Part shown: positions 25,686 to 34,454 of the stretch, one piece after another
Layout: each line of letters starts with the position of its first letter
How positions within the stretch are numbered: the stretch's first letter is position 1
Virus record (IMG/VR): IMGVR_UViG_3300020046_005824
Length of the DNA stretch: 64,000 nucleotides
Source of the DNA: an uncultured virus (IMG/VR IMGVR_UViG_3300020046_005824)
Lineage: Duplodnaviria; Heunggongvirae; Uroviricota; Caudoviricetes
Reading direction: 5' to 3' (one strand)
Notes under the pieces: model-generated
Told to the model about the DNA's origin: nothing
Databases searched by the model: none
Seen by the model: only the letters and a program-made list of their open reading frames with translations
Translations under genes and position numbers: made by a program

Positions 25686-26618
25686 ATGGCTATCTCCCGT
25701 GCACAGCAGCTCAAGGAACTGCTCCCCGGCCTCCATGCCCTGTTCGGGCTGGAGTACAAGCGCTACCCCGAAGAGTGGAAGTCGCTGTTCGCAGTCAACA
25801 AGTCCGACCGTTCGTTCGAAGAAGAGACCAAACTCTCTGGCTTCGGCGTGCCGGGCTCGAAGTCTGAAGGACAGGCGATCAACTACGACACGGCTCAGGA
25901 AGCGTGGACTGCCCGCTACACCCCGGAAACCGTCGCGATGGGCTTTGCCCTGACCGAGGAAGCCATGGAGGACAACCTCTATGACTCGCTCGGCCCGCGT
26001 TACGTCAAGGCCATGGCCAAGGCGATGACGTATGCGAAGGAAGTTCGTGGTGCGTCGGTGTTCAACAACGCGTTCAGCGGCTCGTATCTGGGCGGTGACG
26101 GCGTGGCGCTGTGTTCGACTGCGCACCCCTTGGTGGGTGGCGGCACGAACTCGAATCGCCCCGTGTCTGGCGCCGACTTGACCGAGACATCGCTGGAAGC
26201 TGCGCTGATCGCCATCAGCAAGTGGACCGACGAACGTGGCCTGCTGGTCGCCGCCAAGGCGAAGAAGCTGGCCATCTCGACGGACAACGACTACGTCGCT
26301 ACCCGCCTGCTGAAGACCGAGCTGCGCTCCAGCGTTCAGGGCTCTGCCCCGACGTTCGCGCCGAACGATGTGAACGCCATCTACACCATGGGGGCGATCC
26401 CCGAGGGGTATGCGGTGAATCACTACTTCACCGACACGAACGCGTGGTTCCTGACCACCGACGTTGCGGACGGGTTCAAGCACTTCGTGCGTGTCCCGTA
26501 CAAGACGTCGTCCGAAGCCGATTTCGACACCGGCAACATGCGCTTCAAGGCGCGTGAACGGTACGTTTTTGGCTGGTCTGACCCACTCTGCGTCTACGGC
26601 TCGCCCGGTTCGACCTGA
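25686..26618 (+). CDS. Major capsid protein
   Basis: MAISRAQQLKELLPGL..., DGVALCSTAHP, DFDTGNMRFKARERY; followed by terminator. Confidence 0.9.
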   Translation: MAISRAQQLKELLPGLHALFGLEYKRYPEEWKSLFAVNKSDRSFEEETKLSGFGVPGSKSEGQAINYDTAQEAWTARYTPETVAMGFALTEEAMEDNLYDSLGPRYVKAMAKAMTYAKEVRGASVFNNAFSGSYLGGDGVALCSTAHPLVGGGTNSNRPVSGADLTETSLEAALIAISKWTDERGLLVAAKAKKLAISTDNDYVATRLLKTELRSSVQGSAPTFAPNDVNAIYTMGAIPEGYAVNHYFTDTNAWFLTTDVADGFKHFVRVPYKTSSEADFDTGNMRFKARERYVFGWSDPLCVYGSPGST

Positions 26619-26630
26619 TCCGGCGCCCCG

Positions 26631-26657
26631 AAAAACCCCGCTTCGGCGGGGTTTTTT
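26631..26657. terminator. Bidirectional Rho-independent terminator
   Basis: AAAAACCCCGC-TTCG-GCGGGGTTTTTT between convergent genes. Confidence 0.9.
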
Positions 26658-26660
26658 ACG

Positions 26661-27014
26661 TCATCGCATGAAGAATGGCAGTGCGTCGGGTGGCCGTGCG
26701 CCGCCGTTCAACTGCTCCGGGCTGAAAAACAAGCGGCTCGCCACGCACGAGATAGCCACTTGCAGGTCTGGATTGTCGCGAATTATTTGGGTATCACACT
26801 GCGCGTTCAAACTTTTTGCGGCCCAGTCCAACAGTGCGAGGTCTACAAATAGCCCTCCAGCGTCGTCGTTGTCCAACAGCCAGCAGAGGTTGTGCGCAAC
26901 AGCGTTGGCAACTGAGCGAGTCGGGCTGAATGGGCCGGCGTACGGAATCCCACTGCTCGCGCTTCTACGGCATAGGGTCCTCAGATCGCGAAAATTATCC
27001 GCAGGCGCGACCAT
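26661..27014 (-). CDS. Hypothetical protein (MVAPADNF...)
   Basis: TGATG coupling to the upstream Zn-ribbon gene. Confidence 0.55.
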   Translation of the reverse strand: MVAPADNFRDLRTLCRRSASSGIPYAGPFSPTRSVANAVAHNLCWLLDNDDAGGLFVDLALLDWAAKSLNAQCDTQIIRDNPDLQVAISCVASRLFFSPEQLNGGARPPDALPFFMR

Positions 27015-27310
27015 CAATCGTAATACTGGTACACCCCACAGTTGGCGCACAAGTGGCCTTCCGGGGTCAGGTAGAAGAGGTGGTTCCCGCAGTTGCATTC
27101 GCGCACCAGCTGATCTTCCGCCGGCGCAAATTCAAACTTGAAATGGCCGGTCACGCGCTGGCAGCTCGGGCATTCGAACACCGTCATCCCTGTCGGGGCG
27201 GTCGCAACCCACTCGTGCTTGCAGTTGATGCAGAAGGCTGGCCCAACGCCTGTTTGTACGTCGGGCTCGGCGGAAGCCGGCCGGCCAAAGGGTATGACTG
27301 TGGCGCTCAT
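27014..27310 (-). CDS. Zinc-ribbon protein (CxxC, CxxC, CxC, CxxC)
   Basis: Four Cys pairs; AAGGAG RBS. Confidence 0.75.
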   Translation of the reverse strand: MSATVIPFGRPASAEPDVQTGVGPAFCINCKHEWVATAPTGMTVFECPSCQRVTGHFKFEFAPAEDQLVRECNCGNHLFYLTPEGHLCANCGVYQYYD

Positions 27311-27323
27311 ACGTCTCCTTATT

Positions 27324-27400
27324 TGGTTGCGCGGGCAAGATTTGAACTTGCGGCCTTCGGGTTATGAGCCCAACGATCTACCAGACTGATCTACCGCGCG
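27324..27400 (-). tRNA. tRNA-Met(CAT), initiator (fMet) type
   Basis: Cloverleaf; C1:A72 mismatch; three G:C pairs in anticodon stem; GTTCAAATC T-loop; encoded CCA. Confidence 0.92.
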
Positions 27401-27484
27401 CTGAAATTGTACTCAGAATCCGCTTGACGCGGGGCGTTTCCCTTGAATATACTCGGAGTGACCACTCACTTTTGAGGAGCCCCT

Positions 27485-27793
27485 ATGCGGCCGGCGATCA
27501 TCACTCAGACAGGCACCGGGACCACGAACTGGGTGCCGGTGGACTACATCCAAAGCCCATTCAATCTCGGCCTGCAGTGCGCCGTCGATGGGACAGTTAC
27601 CTACACGATCCAGTACACCGCGGATGATCCGCTGACGGGCACGCCCACAACGGCGCTGCCGGTGACTGGGCTCTCCGCGACGACCGTCGCCGCAGGCGCC
27701 AACATGCAAATCCCCTGCCGCGCGGTACGTGCAAGCGTCTCCGCTGGCGCAGGCAGCGTCACGTTGACGCTGCTGCAGGGGACGTCAGCATGA
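27485..27793 (+). CDS. Hypothetical virion protein
   Basis: GAGGAG RBS; possible promoter TTGACG-18-TATACT upstream. Confidence 0.7.
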   Translation: MRPAIITQTGTGTTNWVPVDYIQSPFNLGLQCAVDGTVTYTIQYTADDPLTGTPTTALPVTGLSATTVAAGANMQIPCRAVRASVSAGAGSVTLTLLQGTSA

Positions 27794-28422
27794 CGTTCTC
27801 CATTGATCTTTTGCAGCGCCAGATTCGCGCGGCTGCGCCCGAGCTGCCCGAAGCTCGCGTCGCTCCCATCGCAGCTGCGCTTTACCCGAAGATGGTGGCC
27901 GCCGAGATCACTGAAGGCCGCTCCGAAGAATTCGTCGGCCAACTCGCTGCCGAGTCCGGCGGGTTCACGCGCACGCGTGAGTCGTTGGACTACTCTCCGT
28001 CTGGCTTGCTCAATACATGGCCAACACGCTTCTCGGACCAGTCTGCGCGGCAGTTCGGTCGTGGATCGCAGACGCCAGCTGATCAGACGAAGATCGCTCA
28101 GATCGTGTACGGCGGCCGCGGTGGAAATGTGAACCCCGGAGACGGATGGAATTTCCGCGGCCGCGGGTGGATTCAGACTACTTTCCGCGACAACTATCAG
28201 GAGCTCGCTGACGCCACCGGCCTCGACTGCGTGCGTAACCCCGACCTCCTGTGCACCGACGAAGGCGCCGCTACCGCCGCGGTGTTCTACTGGACTAAAC
28301 GCAAGATCAACGAAGCCGCTGACCGCGACGATGACGCGGCGGTGACGAAGAAAATCAACGGCGGCCTCATCGGGCTGGACAAGCGCGTCGCGCGCACCAA
28401 CGCAGCTCGAAAGGTGAAGTGA
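27790..28422 (+). CDS. Endolysin, glycoside hydrolase family 19
   Basis: GQLAAESGG...E, GDGWNFRGRGWIQTT...NY, TKKINGG. Confidence 0.9.
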   Translation: MTFSIDLLQRQIRAAAPELPEARVAPIAAALYPKMVAAEITEGRSEEFVGQLAAESGGFTRTRESLDYSPSGLLNTWPTRFSDQSARQFGRGSQTPADQTKIAQIVYGGRGGNVNPGDGWNFRGRGWIQTTFRDNYQELADATGLDCVRNPDLLCTDEGAATAAVFYWTKRKINEAADRDDDAAVTKKINGGLIGLDKRVARTNAARKVK

Positions 28423-28766
28423 TGGACGCGCAACAGACTGCCCCCACCGTAGAGGCGTTCAGCATGTTCAAGTTCGTTATCGCGGTGCTCGGCTCCGCGG
28501 TCTCGATGAGCTTCATCAAGGGTGAGTGGAAGCACAAGATTCCGATGGGCATCGGTGGCGTCGTGCTGAGTTACACCGGCGCAGCGCCGGCGGCGGCATG
28601 GTTGAGCGCGCCGGCGGACTCTGTGGGCCTCATCGGCTTCCTGCTGGCCATGCTCGGTATGGCGTTTCTCGAGCGCGTGTTTGACGCCATCGAGCGGCTG
28701 GACTTGACGGCGTGGATCAACGATATCTGGGGCGCGGTCAAGAAGCGCTTTGGAGCCGGCGAATGA
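28422..28766 (+). CDS. Putative holin
   Basis: Three hydrophobic segments, follows endolysin. Confidence 0.65.
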   Translation: MDAQQTAPTVEAFSMFKFVIAVLGSAVSMSFIKGEWKHKIPMGIGGVVLSYTGAAPAAAWLSAPADSVGLIGFLLAMLGMAFLERVFDAIERLDLTAWINDIWGAVKKRFGAGE

Positions 28767-29017
28767 CTGAATTCATTTCAACCATTACACTCACTGTCGC
28801 GGCGCTCGCCTCCCTGCTGGGCATCTACGCGCCGAAGTTCCATGACACCACCGCGCAGCGGCTGGCGATGTCTGGCATCGTCATCACTGCCGTCGTGCTC
28901 ATCGCGCGGCATCCGTCGGAGATGTTCTCCGACAAGTCTTTCGCGCTGTTCGCCTGCAGCGTTGCGCTCTACGCCAGCGCAACCGCGCTGAAAATCTGGC
29001 GTGTCAAGGGGGTCTGA
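28763..29017 (+). CDS. Small membrane protein (holin/antiholin-like)
   Basis: ATGA coupling; three hydrophobic segments. Confidence 0.6.
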   Translation: MTEFISTITLTVAALASLLGIYAPKFHDTTAQRLAMSGIVITAVVLIARHPSEMFSDKSFALFACSVALYASATALKIWRVKGV

Positions 29018-29682
29018 TGGCCTTCACGTTCGATCTCCTCGAAATCTTCGAAGAAGCCGCCGAACAGGCCGGCTATGGAGAGCTGCGGACTGGCTACGAC
29101 TTCAAGACCGTGCGCCGTTCACTGGCGCTGCTCACGCGCACATGGGCCAACCGCGGGTACAACCTGTACTCGATTCAGGAAGGCACGCTGTCCCTCGTGC
29201 AGGGCACAAACACGTACGAGTTGCCGGCGGACATCATCGATGTGACGGACGCCGCGTTGCGCAGCAACGCCGGTACGACGTCGCAGTTTGATCTCACGCT
29301 CCTGCGCATCTCCACGGTGGACTATTACCAGTCGCCGTACAAGCTGCAGCAGCAGCAACCCAATCAGTTCTACGTGCAGCGTGCGGAGACATCCAACTTT
29401 GTTGTGTGGCCTACGCCGGATCAGGCGTACACCATCGTGTATTGGTACATGGCGCTCCCGAGCGACCAGACGACTGGAAGTCAGACCATGGGTCTGCCCG
29501 AGCGTTTCATCCCGGCGCTCGTGTCCGGCCTCGCGCACCAGCTCGCGCTCAAGCGTCCGGAGCTCGCCGCGCGCGTCCCGCTCCTGCGCGAGCAGGCCGA
29601 CATTCAGTGGCAGCTGGCGTCTGAGGAAGACCGCGATCGCGCCCCGATGCGCGTTGTGCCGTACATGGGAGCGATCGTATGA
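29017..29682 (+). CDS. Putative head-tail adaptor protein
   Basis: WANRG, VWPTPD, EDRDRA motifs; position. Confidence 0.65.
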   Translation: MAFTFDLLEIFEEAAEQAGYGELRTGYDFKTVRRSLALLTRTWANRGYNLYSIQEGTLSLVQGTNTYELPADIIDVTDAALRSNAGTTSQFDLTLLRISTVDYYQSPYKLQQQQPNQFYVQRAETSNFVVWPTPDQAYTIVYWYMALPSDQTTGSQTMGLPERFIPALVSGLAHQLALKRPELAARVPLLREQADIQWQLASEEDRDRAPMRVVPYMGAIV

Positions 29683-29993
29683 GCTCCGCGTTTGCCACCG
29701 GCAAATGGGCGCTCGCAGAGTGCGACCAGTGCGGGTTCCAGTGCGACTACCGCCGGCTGCGCCCGCTCGTCATCAACGAGGGGCGCACGAACATCCTCGT
29801 GTGCCCTGACTGCTGGGTCCCTGATCAACCGCAATGGCGCATTTCGCCCAAGGTGGCTGACGACCCGCAGGCGCTGCGCAACCCTCGCCCCGTCGGCAAT
29901 TTGGCCGAGCAGCGCGAGATCACCGAGACACCGCAGTACATCTCACTGATGGACGGCGTGTGGCCCCCGCAAGTTTACCCACCGATCGAATGA
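29679..29993 (+). CDS. Small Zn-binding virion-module protein
   Basis: CDQC and CPDC pairs; DPQALRNPRP. Confidence 0.7.
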   Translation: MSSAFATGKWALAECDQCGFQCDYRRLRPLVINEGRTNILVCPDCWVPDQPQWRISPKVADDPQALRNPRPVGNLAEQREITETPQYISLMDGVWPPQVYPPIE

Positions 29994-30004
29994 AAGGAGC
30001 CATC

Positions 30005-30214
30005 ATGGCCAAGCCCTCGTTTCCGTTCCCGCCCAAGAAAGGCGGCGGCGCCGCCCCCGCCAATGCGCTGAAAGCGCACATGAAGAAAGGCCCCGCGACT
30101 GCGCACCCCGACGCCGCAGCGAAGAAGTTCGCCTGCGGTGGCGGCGTGTCCAACAAGCAGCTCGGCTCCATGGGCCGTAACCTCGCCAAGACCGCAGCCA
30201 GCCGCGGACGCTGA
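30005..30214 (+). CDS. Small basic hypothetical protein
   Basis: AAGGAG RBS; TGATG coupling to the next gene. Confidence 0.65.
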   Translation: MAKPSFPFPPKKGGGAAPANALKAHMKKGPATAHPDAAAKKFACGGGVSNKQLGSMGRNLAKTAASRGR

Positions 30215-30840
30215 TGAACTACGCCGCGCTCGTCACCGCCATTGAAAATTACTGTGAGAACTACGAGACGACTTTCGTCTCGCAGATTCCTACGTTCGTC
30301 AAAGCGGCGGAGCAGCGCGTCTACGACACGGTGCGCATCCCCGATCTGCGCCGCGCGCAGACGGCGGAGTTGACACCGAACAATGCGTTCCTCACGTCGC
30401 CCACGGACTTCCTCGCCCCGCAATCGCTGTCGGTCACGCTGGCGGATGGTTCGATCGAATACCTGATGAACAAGGACGTGGAGTATCTGCGTTCTGCGTA
30501 CCCGGGCAACACGGCTGGCCAGCCCAAGCTGTACGCGCTGTGGGACGACGCCACGTTCCAACTCGCTCCGCCGCCAGACGACAACTACACCGTCGAGCTG
30601 CAGTATTTCTACTACCCCGAGAGCATCGTCACCGCGGACAACACGTGGCTCGGCGATAACTTCGAGTTCGTGCTGTTGTACGGTTCGTTGATTGAGGCGT
30701 ACACGTTCATGAAGGGCGAGGCAGACGTCGCAGCGGCGTACCTCGCGCAGTACCAAGCATCGCTGGCACTCCTTGTGGAGTACGCGGAGCGCTATACGCG
30801 GCAGGACACCTACCGCAATCTCCAGAAAAGGAAAGTGTGA
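30214..30840 (+). CDS. Putative adaptor/tail tubular protein A-like
   Basis: GQPKLYA, LAPPPD, TWLGDN...LLYGSL. Confidence 0.65.
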   Translation: MNYAALVTAIENYCENYETTFVSQIPTFVKAAEQRVYDTVRIPDLRRAQTAELTPNNAFLTSPTDFLAPQSLSVTLADGSIEYLMNKDVEYLRSAYPGNTAGQPKLYALWDDATFQLAPPPDDNYTVELQYFYYPESIVTADNTWLGDNFEFVLLYGSLIEAYTFMKGEADVAAAYLAQYQASLALLVEYAERYTRQDTYRNLQKRKV

Positions 30841-31346
30841 TGAACACCGTACACCGTATCCCTACGTTCGGCTTCGTCTGGCGCGTCGAGTGCGTCGGTC
30901 CCGACGGCAAAGTCAAGTGGGTCGAAGAGAACCACAATCTGACGACCACTGGCGGCTTGAACGACATCCTCGACAAGTATTTCGCCGGCGCCGCGTACAC
31001 CGCTGCGTGGTATCTCGGGCTCGTCGACAACGCGGGGTTCTCGGCTTACGCTGCCGGCGACACCATGGCGTCGCACGCTGGCTGGTCTGAGTCAGTCGTG
31101 TATTCGAACGCCACGCGGCCGGCTGTCTCGTTCTCCGCCGCTGCGGGCGGCGTGAAGTCGACGTCAGCTGCGTCGTCCTTCACGATCAATAGCGGTGGCA
31201 CAGTGCGCGGGTGTTTTCTCGTGACTGATTCCACCAAGGGTGGCGCGAGCGGTATCCTGTTCTCGGAAGTTGATTTCACTTCTGGCAGCCGCGCGGTGTT
31301 GAGTGGTGACACGCTCAACGTCACCGGTGCGATCACGGGGACTTGA
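30840..31346 (+). CDS. Virion/tail structural protein
   Basis: Beta-rich composition; position. Confidence 0.65.
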   Translation: MNTVHRIPTFGFVWRVECVGPDGKVKWVEENHNLTTTGGLNDILDKYFAGAAYTAAWYLGLVDNAGFSAYAAGDTMASHAGWSESVVYSNATRPAVSFSAAAGGVKSTSAASSFTINSGGTVRGCFLVTDSTKGGASGILFSEVDFTSGSRAVLSGDTLNVTGAITGT

Positions 31347-31347
31347 C

Positions 31348-31533
31348 ATGGACATCGGCACCCGCGTTCGCGTCAAGCCGCCCTTCGGACTCACGTTCTC
31401 CGGGGTGTACACAGTGGTCGAGCCGCCCGCGCTGGAAGACGGCGCGGACCCGCACCCGGAGGGCCTGGTGTGGCTGGATGGAGCGCCGGGGGCGTGGTCC
31501 GTGGAGCATCTTGAAGAGGAGCAGGCGTCGTGA
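31348..31533 (+). CDS. Small hypothetical protein
   Basis: Fills the gap; GTGA coupling to the next gene. Confidence 0.55.
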   Translation: MDIGTRVRVKPPFGLTFSGVYTVVEPPALEDGADPHPEGLVWLDGAPGAWSVEHLEEEQAS

Positions 31534-32342
31534 CAATCAGCACGCCCGACAACGTAGTTGCGGCGCTCGCCGCAGGCCAGCCGCAGACGACGTACTTCCC
31601 TTCAGTGACTACGGTCGCGGGGCGCATGACGTTCATGAACGCCGCGAGTACGCAGAATCAGTGGGGGCAGCTCGCTACCCCCACGGTGCGAGGGTCCGGG
31701 GGCCAGCTCGTAGACGCGGGCGACGCGGGGTTCTTCCCTTGGACAGCTGCGGGTGGCGGCACGCAAGACTACCTGCTGCTGGTGGCGCCGTCCAACGTGA
31801 CGCTCGGGTCTTTGCTGATTTACGACGTGGTATACGCGGTATCAGGGTTCAGCGGCACCGTGACCACGGCACAGACAATAACGTCGATGCCCACGCTCAC
31901 GCGGCCGACGAACGGCGAGGGGCTGCAGTTGTTTGCCGCTATCTGGGGGCAGATAGGCACGACAGGCACTACGGTCACAGCGAGCTACACGAACCAAGCA
32001 GGCACCGCTTCGCGCACGACGATCGCTGCCAGCATTGGCGCCACCGGCCTGCGCGAAGTGTACCGGCTCATCCCCATGCCGTTGCAGGTTGGGGACAGCG
32101 GAGTTCAGGCTATTGCGAGTGCTACCCTCGCCGGTACAACCGGCACTGCGGGCGACTGGGGCCTCGTGCTCGCGCGGCCGATTACCCAAGTGCCGGCGTT
32201 CAGCGGCGGGGGGTGCAGGCCGCTCGACTTCGCCAAGCTGGGGCTCCCCCCGATCGACGTTGATACGGCGTTTGGTGTGTTCCTGCTGGCATCCACAACC
32301 ACATCCGGCCTGTCATTCATGGGTTGGAAAATCGGCAGCTAA
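31530..32342 (+). CDS. Virion protein, paralog 1 of a tandem pair
   Basis: YTNQAG...PLQVGDSGV...LVLARP shared with next gene. Confidence 0.7.
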   Translation: MTISTPDNVVAALAAGQPQTTYFPSVTTVAGRMTFMNAASTQNQWGQLATPTVRGSGGQLVDAGDAGFFPWTAAGGGTQDYLLLVAPSNVTLGSLLIYDVVYAVSGFSGTVTTAQTITSMPTLTRPTNGEGLQLFAAIWGQIGTTGTTVTASYTNQAGTASRTTIAASIGATGLREVYRLIPMPLQVGDSGVQAIASATLAGTTGTAGDWGLVLARPITQVPAFSGGGCRPLDFAKLGLPPIDVDTAFGVFLLASTTTSGLSFMGWKIGS

Positions 32343-32344
32343 TC

Positions 32345-33163
32345 GTGGCGATCACAACGGTTGCGCAACTCTCTGCGGCGCGCAAAGTACTGATCCAGCG
32401 CGGATACAACAACGTCTTCACGGGCTCAATACTCATGGTTGTGGGTTTTGGTGGCTTGTTGAATCCGCTGACGCGCGTTGGCTCGACAACGCCGGGGTCC
32501 CCGGCAGCAGGGGGGGCGCTGCTGTCAAAGGCGTCCACAGGATTCTACAACTTTGCGGACCCCGACACGGGTGAGTCGGTGTACCTTGAGCGCGGGCGAT
32601 ACACGCTGAGCAGCACGACGAGTAGCGCGTCGAACAACTGGATGGATGCCATCTGGGCCTGCCGATCGCTGGACGGGACGCTCACCACGGCGCAGAACAT
32701 TACGGGATTCCCCGCGTACACTCGCACGGACAGTAACGGCGTTGGGCTCATGATGTTTCTGTACGCGTATTTGGCGGCAGGGGCTACCGCCACGAACGCC
32801 ACCATCACGTACACGAACACGGCGGGCACAGGCGGGCGCACTTCGGTCGTTGTCGTGCCGACGAATGGCTTGTCTGTGACAGGACACTGCTTCGTAGCGC
32901 CGTTGCAGGCTGGTGATCTGGGGGTAAAGTCGGTTGAGTCTGTGCAGCTCTCCGCGTCGACAGGCACCGCAGGCAGCTTGGGCGTGTTGTTGGCGCGTCC
33001 GGTCGGGTTCGAGGGGTGCGCTGGCCCACAAGCATCCGGCGACGGTGTAGACGACGACTGGATGCACACTGGGCTGGGGCTTTTGGACGACGACGCTGCG
33101 CTCATCCCCATCGCGCTCGGCAGCGCCATCATGAACGGCACACTAGAGCTGGCTTACGGATGA
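32345..33163 (+). CDS. Virion protein, paralog 2 of a tandem pair
   Basis: YTNTAG...PLQAGDLGV...VLLARP; GTG start. Confidence 0.7.
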   Translation: MAITTVAQLSAARKVLIQRGYNNVFTGSILMVVGFGGLLNPLTRVGSTTPGSPAAGGALLSKASTGFYNFADPDTGESVYLERGRYTLSSTTSSASNNWMDAIWACRSLDGTLTTAQNITGFPAYTRTDSNGVGLMMFLYAYLAAGATATNATITYTNTAGTGGRTSVVVVPTNGLSVTGHCFVAPLQAGDLGVKSVESVQLSASTGTAGSLGVLLARPVGFEGCAGPQASGDGVDDDWMHTGLGLLDDDAALIPIALGSAIMNGTLELAYG

Positions 33164-34416
33164 ACCGGTACACAGCGCCTTGGTTTGATGCGGAGCAAAT
33201 ACTCAGTGGGGGCACCCTTGGGCCTGTCGCAACGGACTGGTTCTTTGAAGGCGGCGGAGGGACAGTCTACAACGACACTTTCGCTGTAGCGGTCGATTTC
33301 GATTTCGCCGCGAACACGCAACTCGATGCCTCCGCGGCGTACGCTGGCGCGGCTACGTTCGCGTTCGCGGCTACTACCACAGCTACAAGCAACGCGGTGT
33401 TCGCCGCGACCGCTGATTTCGATTTCTCCGCCGGTGGCGGTCTCGCGCTCGACTCAGCGTTTGCCGCGGCTGTTGATCTTGATTTCACCGCTGCGAGTAA
33501 TCTCTCCGTGCCAGCGTCATTCGCTTCGACCGTTGACTTCGATTTCGCCGCGAACGCGCAACTCGATGCCTCCGCAGCGTACGCAGGGGCGGCCACGTTC
33601 GCGTTTGCGGCTACTACCACAGCTACAAGCAACGTAGCGTTCGCCGCGGCCGCCGATTTTGATTTCTCCGCCAATGGCGGACTTGCGCTCGACTCGGCGT
33701 TCGCCGCGGCGGTCGATCTCGATTTCACCGCCGGGGGTAACCTCGGCATGCCAGCGGCGTTCGCTGCAGCCGCCGACTTTGACTTCACCGCTGCGGGCAA
33801 CCTCGACATGCCGGCGGCATACGCTTTTTCGGCCGACTTCGATTTTACCGCCGGTGTGGGCGTAGGGGTCACGTCGACTTTCGCCGCGGCGGTTGACTTC
33901 GATTTTGCCGCGACGGGGGCGAGCAGTTTGGCCGCGTCCTTTGCGTCGACGGCCGACTTCGACTTCGCCACTACGACGCAGATGAACGCCGTGGGCGCGT
34001 TTGCGGTCCCGGTCGATTTCGATTTCGCCGCCACGACGCAGATGGTCATGCCGGCTGCCTTTGCGGGCACTGTGGGGTTGGATTTCTTGGCCGACGCCGG
34101 GACAATGATCCCGACTGCCTTCGCGGCCGCCGTAGACCTCGATTTCGCCGCGAACGCCGTAACGATTATCCCGGCCACTTTCGCTGACGACGTCACGCTG
34201 GTGTTCGCTGCAGATGGCTCGACGAGCGGGATTCCAGTAACCCCGTGGGACCCGGATACTCCCACTGGCGGTTCCGGGTGGACGACGGTATCCGCCGGCG
34301 GCGGAGTGTGGTCTCCTGCGACGCCCAGCGGCGGGTCAAGCTGGACGCCTGTCACCCCCGGCGCAGGTATCTGGACACCCCACGATCCGACAGGCGGCGG
34401 GGGTTGGAATAGTTGA
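33160..34416 (+). CDS. Ala/Phe/Asp-rich 20-aa repeat virion protein with Trp-periodic C-terminus
   Basis: About 16 'FAAAVDFDFAA' units; ATGA coupling. Confidence 0.75.
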   Translation: MNRYTAPWFDAEQILSGGTLGPVATDWFFEGGGGTVYNDTFAVAVDFDFAANTQLDASAAYAGAATFAFAATTTATSNAVFAATADFDFSAGGGLALDSAFAAAVDLDFTAASNLSVPASFASTVDFDFAANAQLDASAAYAGAATFAFAATTTATSNVAFAAAADFDFSANGGLALDSAFAAAVDLDFTAGGNLGMPAAFAAAADFDFTAAGNLDMPAAYAFSADFDFTAGVGVGVTSTFAAAVDFDFAATGASSLAASFASTADFDFATTTQMNAVGAFAVPVDFDFAATTQMVMPAAFAGTVGLDFLADAGTMIPTAFAAAVDLDFAANAVTIIPATFADDVTLVFAADGSTSGIPVTPWDPDTPTGGSGWTTVSAGGGVWSPATPSGGSSWTPVTPGAGIWTPHDPTGGGGWNS

Positions 34417-34454
34417 CAGGTTAGCGTACACTCACTTCATTTCTGGAGCTCACC

